50,867 nucleotides of DNA, from IMG/VR virus record IMGVR_UViG_3300006865_000002, positions 1 to 50,867 of that record. One strand, 5' to 3'. A model generated the notes under the pieces. The model was given only the letters and a program-made list of their open reading frames with translations, was not told where the DNA came from and did not search any database. Position 1 is the stretch's first letter. Every line of letters starts with the position of its first letter. This DNA comes from a virus. Lineage: Duplodnaviria > Caudoviricetes. Below are positions 44,367-50,867 of the stretch, in pieces. The position numbers were made by a program, and so were the translations under genes.

Positions 44367-44816
44367 ATGGACTTTCAAGCCGAAGCCAGCTTGCCCGGCC
44401 TTGGGCCGAAGCGCGACATGGAAACCGTGTCGTTCTTGCTGGACAACAACCATTTGATGCGGCGCGGAATCCGCATCCACAAGGACACGGACGACATTGT
44501 GAACGTCGGCAAGGAACACAAGTTGACGGCGGGCCTTGCGCTGGTCCGCGTGGAAGTCGGGGCCAACAAGGGCCGTTACGTTGACGCGGGCCACCCCGAC
44601 GCGCCCGTTGCGGCGTCGGTCGTGGAATCGGTCTTGCTCATGGAGTCGATTTCCCTGCACGACGCGGACGGGGTGCGGGAAGACAAGGTTGCTTCCGGGC
44701 TGATCCATGGTCGCGTGGACGAAACCAAGGTCCGCTTCGGGACCGCCGATCCTACGTACATCGCGGCCATCAAGTCGGCGTTGAAGCTGGTCGAATTCGA
44801 GAAGCCCGCCCCGTAG
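44367..44816 (+). CDS. Head decoration protein
   Basis: About 150 aa directly before the capsid gene (lambda D-like synteny). Confidence 0.6.
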   Translation: MDFQAEASLPGLGPKRDMETVSFLLDNNHLMRRGIRIHKDTDDIVNVGKEHKLTAGLALVRVEVGANKGRYVDAGHPDAPVAASVVESVLLMESISLHDADGVREDKVASGLIHGRVDETKVRFGTADPTYIAAIKSALKLVEFEKPAP

Positions 44817-44895
44817 TTCGGCGGCGTTCCCCGGTTCGGTGGAGAGTGTCTAGGGCAGGAAGTAAACGAAACTGAATTGGTCGGAGGGACCAGAA

Positions 44896-45900
44896 ATGAT
44901 CGACGTGGAACTTCTTCGGCTGGAATCGTTGATTGGGATGATCAACGATTTCCGCGAGTCGGCCCCCCGGCTGTCGGGCGTCCTGCCCGAGCAGTCCGGC
45001 CCGGGGCAAACCTTCAATTGGGACATCTTGGGCATTCAACGTGACGTGGACACGTTCGAAGGGCTCCGCTCCCCGGCGGGTCCGCGCAAGCTGACCGTCG
45101 TTGGCAACCGTTCCGCGACGTTGGCCCGGACGTTCAAATCCACGTTCGTTCCGGGCTCCGTGCTGATCGACCTTCGGAACCCCGGTTCCGAGTCGCGCCA
45201 GCGCATCGCGGAAGACACCGTGGGGCGGGAACTGCAACAGCTTTCGAAGCTGATCGACCGCCAAAACGAGTTCATGGCGTCCCAAGCCCTTCAGGGCTCC
45301 CTTGCCATGACGATTGACGGCGTGGCCCATACCGTCAACTACGGGTTCAGCGGTTCCCACGTCTTGACCGTGGGCGGCGGCATCCCGGCTTCGTGGGCCT
45401 TGCCCGCGTCCGACATCGTGGAAGACATCAAGAACATGAAGATTCGGATTGCGGAGGATTCCGGCTTCGTGCCGACGACCGTTTGGACGTCGGAGGAAGT
45501 TATCAACTTCCTGATCAAAAACGACTTCGTGAATTCCTACTTCGCTTCGACGCCCGCCGGGGTGCAAGCGTTGACGGAAGGAACCATCGGTCGTTTCATG
45601 GGGCTGAACTGGATTGCCTACAACGGCACGTACAAGGATTCGGCGGGGGCAATCAAGCGGTTCATCCCGGCCAACAAGCTGATCATGACCCCGACGCCCG
45701 ACGCCGAATGGGGCTTCTTCCGCAAGGGGTCGGACGTGGTTCCCACGGACGACAAGCGCGACATTCAGGAAGTCGTGGGGCGGTATGCCTACTCCACGAT
45801 TTCGGAGAACCCGGCCAGCATCGGCCTTTACGCGGGCGAAGTCCGCTTGCCGATCATTCGGATTCCCGACGCGCTGGTTGTCGCCACGGTGACGCCGTAG
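44896..45900 (+). CDS. Major capsid protein (lambda E-like family)
   Basis: R.NEFMASQAL.G, VNYG, W....SDIVEDI, LPIIRIP. Confidence 0.85.
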   Translation: MIDVELLRLESLIGMINDFRESAPRLSGVLPEQSGPGQTFNWDILGIQRDVDTFEGLRSPAGPRKLTVVGNRSATLARTFKSTFVPGSVLIDLRNPGSESRQRIAEDTVGRELQQLSKLIDRQNEFMASQALQGSLAMTIDGVAHTVNYGFSGSHVLTVGGGIPASWALPASDIVEDIKNMKIRIAEDSGFVPTTVWTSEEVINFLIKNDFVNSYFASTPAGVQALTEGTIGRFMGLNWIAYNGTYKDSAGAIKRFIPANKLIMTPTPDAEWGFFRKGSDVVPTDDKRDIQEVVGRYAYSTISENPASIGLYAGEVRLPIIRIPDALVVATVTP

Positions 45901-45921
45901 CCTAGAAGTTCCAACTTCCCC

Positions 45922-45955
45922 GGAGGGGGAAGGGTCGAAAGGCCCTTCCCCCTCC
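45922..45955 (+). terminator. Strong hairpin after the capsid gene
   Basis: 15-bp stem with GAAA loop, no U tract. Confidence 0.55.
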
Positions 45956-45973
45956 CCCTAGAAAGGAAAAGGC

Positions 45974-46468
45974 GTGGTGACGATCAACGCGACCCCTTCC
46001 GACCCGGCGGCGAATTCGTATTTGACGCTGGACGAAGCCGACGAACTGTTCGAAGGCTTTTCGGGCTTGGACGCTTGGGACGAACTGGACCCCGACGCCC
46101 AAACCCAATTGCTTTTGGAAGGTACGCGGCTGATCGACAGCTACCAACGGTGGGGTCCGGTTCGCGTCACGGGTCAACGTCTGGCGTTCCCCCGGGTCAT
46201 GGACGAAGCGGGCAAGATTCCCGAGAACGTCCGTCTTGCGCTGGTCGAATTCTGCAACTACATGGTGGACGGCCAGCTTGAACCCCTGAAGAAACTTCAG
46301 GCCGAAGGCGTGACTTCGGCTTCCATCTTGGGTCAATCGTCCAGCTTCGCGGCGGACCATTCCCGGCTTCCGGCCCCGGCTCGAAACCTGTTGGACGAAC
46401 TGTTCAAGTCCCATTGGCCCAACGCGGTTCAAAACCGCGACGGGTCGGATTGTTCCTTGTTTGGGTAG
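45974..46468 (+). CDS. Head-tail adaptor (DnaT-like family)
   Basis: ANSYLTLDEAD...QRLAFPR...IPENV. Confidence 0.75.
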   Translation: MVTINATPSDPAANSYLTLDEADELFEGFSGLDAWDELDPDAQTQLLLEGTRLIDSYQRWGPVRVTGQRLAFPRVMDEAGKIPENVRLALVEFCNYMVDGQLEPLKKLQAEGVTSASILGQSSSFAADHSRLPAPARNLLDELFKSHWPNAVQNRDGSDCSLFG

Positions 46469-46472
46469 ATGA

Positions 46473-46862
46473 ATGCTCGACGTTATTTTGACCGAAACCG
46501 TAACGGTTCGACGGGCCAAGCCCGGCCAACGATCCGTTACGAATTCGGTTCAGTACGAAGAGTTGAAGGACGAAGGCGGGTTCCCGCTTCCGATTCGTTG
46601 CAGGATCGAACGTCGGCGGCGGCGGGTTCATACGTCTTTGGAAGGCGTGGAACTGGACGCCGACGCCACGCTTGTTTATCGCGTGGATAAGGCCCCGGAG
46701 ATAAAGCCGGAAGACCTAATCTACTTGAGCCGGACCAAGGAAGTTTGGCGGGTCTTGACCCATGAAACGGCGGACCTTCTCTTCCAAGGGAAGGCCCATT
46801 ACGGGCGGCTGGCGTTGCAGTTGTCGCGTCAAGTCGTTCCGGGGGACTGGCCCAATGCCTAA
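46473..46862 (+). CDS. Head closure protein
   Basis: Synteny and size. Confidence 0.6.
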   Translation: MLDVILTETVTVRRAKPGQRSVTNSVQYEELKDEGGFPLPIRCRIERRRRRVHTSLEGVELDADATLVYRVDKAPEIKPEDLIYLSRTKEVWRVLTHETADLLFQGKAHYGRLALQLSRQVVPGDWPNA

Positions 46863-47382
46863 GAAGCCCTTTATTTCAATTGACATTGGCCGGATGCGCG
46901 CCGACTTGAAAAAGGTCGGCGTGGTGCTGGACGGTCTGGACGAATCCATTGACCGGGCCATGAAGCAAGCCATGGTCGAATACATGAACGACGTTCAGGC
47001 CGACGCCCAACAGAAAGCCCCCATCGGGGACACGGGCGACTTGCGCGCCAGCGCGACGACGACCGACGCCCTACAGGAAGGAAACGGGGTCGTGGTATTC
47101 ACGGCTTTCAACATCGTGTATGCGGCCCTTCGGGACCAAGGAACCAAGGGTCTTCCGGGGGGAGTTATTCGCCCGGTTAGGGCCAAGCGGCTTTTCATCC
47201 CTCTTCGAAAAGGGATTCGGCCCGGCCAACCCAACTTGATTCGCGGTCTTGACTTCATCTTGGCTAAGGAAGTCCGCCAAAGCGGGAACGGCTACCTTAC
47301 CGCGACCTTCAACGAACGCAAGGTAAGCGCGGGTCAGTTGATCGGCCAACGCATTTTCGAACTTGTTAGGGCCGGGGCATGA
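46855..47382 (+). CDS. HK97 gp10-like neck protein
   Basis: APIGDTGDLRAS...YAA...GT. Confidence 0.75.
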   Translation: MPKKPFISIDIGRMRADLKKVGVVLDGLDESIDRAMKQAMVEYMNDVQADAQQKAPIGDTGDLRASATTTDALQEGNGVVVFTAFNIVYAALRDQGTKGLPGGVIRPVRAKRLFIPLRKGIRPGQPNLIRGLDFILAKEVRQSGNGYLTATFNERKVSAGQLIGQRIFELVRAGA

Positions 47383-47858
47383 AGACGAATAGTCGCGTTA
47401 AGCTGGACGGGTTCGAAATCGCTTTGGCGGATTGGATTTCGTCAAATCTGATTTGCCATTGCGGTTCCCCTGCTATGGGTCGAAACCTTTTCGTTTCGGA
47501 CATGCCCGAAGTCGAAGACATCAAGGCTTCCCATTCGGACTTCGACCAAATCGAAGAATCCGTGTTCGCGGTCTACACGGACCCCGGGCTTGGCGTCCAG
47601 CCCGGCCCCGGAAGAGGGTCTAGGATGGAGTGGACCATCCGGCTTGTATGCCGTTTCGGGATCGTCCCCGAGGAAGCGAAGAAGGAACTTGAAGAAGTGG
47701 TCACGCAAATTCTGAAGAAAAGCCCCGGGACCAAGATGGGGGGCTTCATTTCAAAGGGGGTGAACATCGTTGCGCGTCCTACGGTCTTCGCGCGGCAGGG
47801 GGACGGTCACGCTTACGCGACTTGCGCTTTGCGGTTTTTCGTGGTGACGGTCGGTTAA
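47379..47858 (+). CDS. Tail terminator-like protein
   Basis: Synteny before the tail tube. Confidence 0.55.
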   Translation: MKTNSRVKLDGFEIALADWISSNLICHCGSPAMGRNLFVSDMPEVEDIKASHSDFDQIEESVFAVYTDPGLGVQPGPGRGSRMEWTIRLVCRFGIVPEEAKKELEEVVTQILKKSPGTKMGGFISKGVNIVARPTVFARQGDGHAYATCALRFFVVTVG

Positions 47859-47873
47859 TCAGGAGGAACAGTC

Positions 47874-48689
47874 ATGGCGGATCGGAACATCAAGCCTTCG
47901 GACCCGCGCAACTACCAGTTGCCCGGGTCGGTCTGTCTCTTCTTCAGGAAGAAGGGAAGCACGTCCTACGCGGATTGGAAGTCGTTGGGCAACATCATTG
48001 ACCCGGCGATTGCCGCCGAAATCGAACGGCTGGAACACTTCAGCCAGCGGCGCGGGCTCCGGGCCAAGGACCGGGAACTTGTGTCGGAGCGTTCGGCAAC
48101 GCTGAACTTCAGCATTGACGAAATCGCGCGCGACACGCTCGAATACATGTTCGGCACGGAAGACGCCCATTCGGATTCGACCGTGAACGTTCCGAACGAA
48201 GGCGTTTTCACGAACCCGGGCGGCGGCTTTTCGATTGACCTTGGGCCGAACGCGGACGGCTTGATTGCCGCGTCCGTGGTCGTGCGCGGGATCAACTTGG
48301 AGCCCGCCGCCGGGCCGACCGTGTACGCGACCCCCGCCGACTACACGGTTGACGCCCCCAACGGGGAAATCGACATCACGGTTGCGGGCGCGCTGGACCC
48401 CGGCCCGTCGGAAGTCCATGTCTTTTGGGAAAAGACCGTCAATACCCAAAAGTTCGAAATCTTCCCCGGGGACAACGTGGAAGGGGAAGCCAAGTTCGCG
48501 GTCATGACCCCGGGCGGAATCCAATACGTGTTGGAAATGAAAAACGTTTCCATCACGAACAACGGCGACATCACGATTGGCGACGGGACGGCGTTTCAGG
48601 AAGTCCCGCTTTCGCTCAACATCCTTGCGGACGTGAACGGCGAACTTGGAACGCTGCATATCGTGGACGATGCGGATTCCTTCGCCTAG
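47874..48689 (+). CDS. Major tail (tube) protein
   Basis: YQLPG...LGN...EHFSQRRGLRAKD motif; synteny. Confidence 0.75.
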   Translation: MADRNIKPSDPRNYQLPGSVCLFFRKKGSTSYADWKSLGNIIDPAIAAEIERLEHFSQRRGLRAKDRELVSERSATLNFSIDEIARDTLEYMFGTEDAHSDSTVNVPNEGVFTNPGGGFSIDLGPNADGLIAASVVVRGINLEPAAGPTVYATPADYTVDAPNGEIDITVAGALDPGPSEVHVFWEKTVNTQKFEIFPGDNVEGEAKFAVMTPGGIQYVLEMKNVSITNNGDITIGDGTAFQEVPLSLNILADVNGELGTLHIVDDADSFA

Positions 48690-48746
48690 TCCCTAGTCGT
48701 TTTCGAGTTCCTTTAGGCAGGGCAGGATAGAAAGGAGGGGAGTAAG

Positions 48747-49223
48747 ATGGAGACTCCCGGCGGGGCGCAAGCCCCCATGCTCAAGAACGCCGACACGGAC
48801 AAGGGCTTCGGGTCGTTGCCCGAAGCCCTGTCCAATCGGCGGAAAGCGGTCACGGTTCAAGGCGGCGTCGTGGTAGTTGAAAAGTGGTCGGCCCAAAAGC
48901 TGATCCTGATTATCAACTACCTGTCCGGCGCAATCGCGGGGCTGTCGGACTCCACGTTGCGGGAAATGGGCAAGGACGCCCGAGCCGCCGCAACTAACAT
49001 GATCCAAGTTCTAGGCGAAAAGGTCTTGGGCTTGGTTGAACTTTGCGTCCGGCAGGAAGACCGACCCAAGATCAAGGACTTGGACGCGGAAGAGTTCGTG
49101 GACGTGTTGGAAGCCGTAATCGACTTGAACTTGTCGGACAGCTTCCTAAAAAAAGTAAAGGGGCTCATGGCAAGGTTAAAGCCGTTGTCAACGGGCAACG
49201 GGCAGAGTACCCCATCGAAGTAG
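48747..49223 (+). CDS. Tail assembly chaperone (gpG-like)
   Basis: Between tail tube and TMP; slippery A7 near the 3' end. Confidence 0.7.
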   Translation: METPGGAQAPMLKNADTDKGFGSLPEALSNRRKAVTVQGGVVVVEKWSAQKLILIINYLSGAIAGLSDSTLREMGKDARAAATNMIQVLGEKVLGLVELCVRQEDRPKIKDLDAEEFVDVLEAVIDLNLSDSFLKKVKGLMARLKPLSTGNGQSTPSK

Positions 49224-49618
49224 CCATGGGCCTTTTGTGTAAGTCGGGTATTGCTTCGATGGGCGAGTTGTTGGACCTTGACGGAGTTTGGGACGAACAG
49301 TTGATAGGAACCATGCTTCCGGTCGCCATGGAACTTCAAGCGGACGAAGCCCAAATGCAGTTCGGGGCCGTGTCCGCCGCTGTCTCCCAAATTTCCGGCG
49401 GCAAGGCCGCACGGGAGTTCCGGGCGGGGCTCAACCGTGTTCGGGACCAAGCGCGAAAGGCCATGCGCGCGGCCCGGGGGCTGGACAATCAGGACGAACG
49501 GGTTACGACCGCCGCCGATACGTTCTTGGGGTTGGCAAAGAAGATCGGCATTAAGGTTCCGGGTTCGAAGTCCAAAAAGGTTTCGAGCCCGACCCGGATT
49601 CATGGGGGGCCTAAGTAA
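49148..49618 (+). CDS. Tail chaperone -1 frameshift extension (gpGT-like)
   Basis: A AAA AAA at 49148-49154 leads into an open -1 frame ending at the TAATG overlapping the TMP start. Confidence 0.7.
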   Translation, partial: KKSKGAHGKVKAVVNGQRAEYPIEVAMGLLCKSGIASMGELLDLDGVWDEQLIGTMLPVAMELQADEAQMQFGAVSAAVSQISGGKAAREFRAGLNRVRDQARKAMRAARGLDNQDERVTTAADTFLGLAKKIGIKVPGSKSKKVSSPTRIHGGPK

Positions 49619-50867
49619 TGGCTGGTCCGCCGTTTGAAGCGGGTTCGATCCTGATTGCGCTTCGCGCCAGCGCGGAAAATCTCCAAAAAGAGATTAGGAA
49701 AGCCAACGACACCCTTCAACAGTTCGGAACCCAAGTCCAAAACGTCGCCAAGACGACCGAACAGACTACGGCGAAGGTCGTTGACGGCTTCACGGCCATT
49801 GACCGGAAGACCCTTCAGCTTACGGCCAGAATTGCCAACTTCTCCCAAAGGCTGATCGGTCTTCAGTTCATCCTACAATCGTTCGGGAACATTTCGGGCC
49901 AAAGCGGGGAAGGGCTGGACAAGTTCAGGGACAAGACGCAAGGCGCGGTCGCGGCCTTGACCACGTTTTCGGGTATCGTCTCGTTGTTCCCTAACAAGAT
50001 CGGCTTGATTGTCGGGGCCATCGCCGGGCTTGCAATTCTGATAGCCGACTTGGTTAGACAGTTCAACCAAGCGAGTGAAGCCGTCAAGCGCGTGGAGCAA
50101 GCCGCCGCCGATATCGACAAGTTGCGCCAAGAACGGTTGAAGCGGCAGGAACAGGACGAAATCAGGTTTGCCCAACTCCGTTTGGCTGGCGTGAAGGACG
50201 CGGGCAACGCCGAAGACCGTCTTACTTCCATCATCGAAAGCCAAAAGTCTTTGGCTGAAGAAATCACGAAGTTGGAAGCGGCGCGCGTCCAAGCGGTCAA
50301 GGACCGAGCGGCGGCGGAAGCCGCCATCGCGGAAGACATCCGGCGCAATCCCGTTATCATCATCCCCCAAGGCGAGTTCGGAGCCGTGGAAGTCGCCCGG
50401 GATTTGCGCGAAGAACTGAGGGACAACAAAGAAATTTCCCGGTTGACTACGGAATCCACGAAGCTAGGCGCGGCCTTGGGCAAGGCCCGGGAAGAGTTCG
50501 CCAAGCTGTCGAAGGAAGCGGAAGACCTACAGAATAAGGTCAAGCTGGACGAACGCTTCCAAGACGCAATCAAGACCTTCTCCGAGTTCGGTACGCAAAC
50601 GGCCCGCGTCAAGGTCCAGTTGGAACAGGGCTTGATTACTCCGTCCGAAGCCCTTTCGCAACAACTTAGCATTGCCCGTGCGGAACTTGAAGCCTTCGTG
50701 AAACTTGGGGCCAACTCCGCAAAACGAATCGGAATCCTGATCGACACGAAGAAGGGGGAAAGCGCGTTCGATGCCTTGACCCGAAGGGTTTTGGAACTCC
50801 AACGGGAAGTCGAAAAGGTCGAACTCCGCAAGGTCAACGAAACCGAGTTGCGGAAGATAGTAGACGG
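49618..50867 (+). CDS. Tape measure protein, N-terminal part (continues at 124-1189)
   Basis: ATG 49618, MAGPPFEAGSILIALRA..., open to the window end; TM-like segment and coiled coils. Confidence 0.85.
   Translation, partial: MAGPPFEAGSILIALRASAENLQKEIRKANDTLQQFGTQVQNVAKTTEQTTAKVVDGFTAIDRKTLQLTARIANFSQRLIGLQFILQSFGNISGQSGEGLDKFRDKTQGAVAALTTFSGIVSLFPNKIGLIVGAIAGLAILIADLVRQFNQASEAVKRVEQAAADIDKLRQERLKRQEQDEIRFAQLRLAGVKDAGNAEDRLTSIIESQKSLAEEITKLEAARVQAVKDRAAAEAAIAEDIRRNPVIIIPQGEFGAVEVARDLREELRDNKEISRLTTESTKLGAALGKAREEFAKLSKEAEDLQNKVKLDERFQDAIKTFSEFGTQTARVKVQLEQGLITPSEALSQQLSIARAELEAFVKLGANSAKRIGILIDTKKGESAFDALTRRVLELQREVEKVELRKVNETELRKIVD

Noticed and set aside
50745-50867. Terminal repeat as a biological direct terminal repeat
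   Set aside because: It falls mid-gene in the TMP and is the size of an assembler overlap; best read as a circularisation artefact

Overview
This window is an apparently complete, circular-assembling tailed phage genome of about 50.7 kb (positions 1-123 repeat 50745-50867). It is roughly 60% GC by eye, and all credible genes are on the + strand. Siphovirus-like morphogenesis genes (terminase, Mu-like portal and protease, major capsid, tail tube, frameshifted chaperone, tape measure wrapping the junction, tail tip) run from 32.3 kb round to 9.3 kb. An early and replication region (9.6-31.5 kb) encodes DNA Pol A, a primase/MCM-like helicase, an SNF2 helicase, RuvC, UDG, a PD-(D/E)xK nuclease, a Sak4-like ATPase, an SSB, a Top6A-like protein and many small Cys-rich ORFs. 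I recognise no integrase, repressor or endolysin. The most unusual items are: (1) a 72-nt RNA shaped like the isolated tRNA-like domain of tmRNA, with Ala identity and no tag ORF; (2) an adjacent sulfotransferase and APS kinase pair, plus a GT2 glycosyltransferase inside the tail operon, suggesting a sulfated virion glycan or sulfated DNA; (3) a tRNA-Leu nested in frame inside a CDS; (4) a consensus sigma54 promoter with palindromic enhancer-like sites; (5) two near-identical AT-rich elements bracketing the early region. All annotations are by eye from motifs and synteny; no searches were run.
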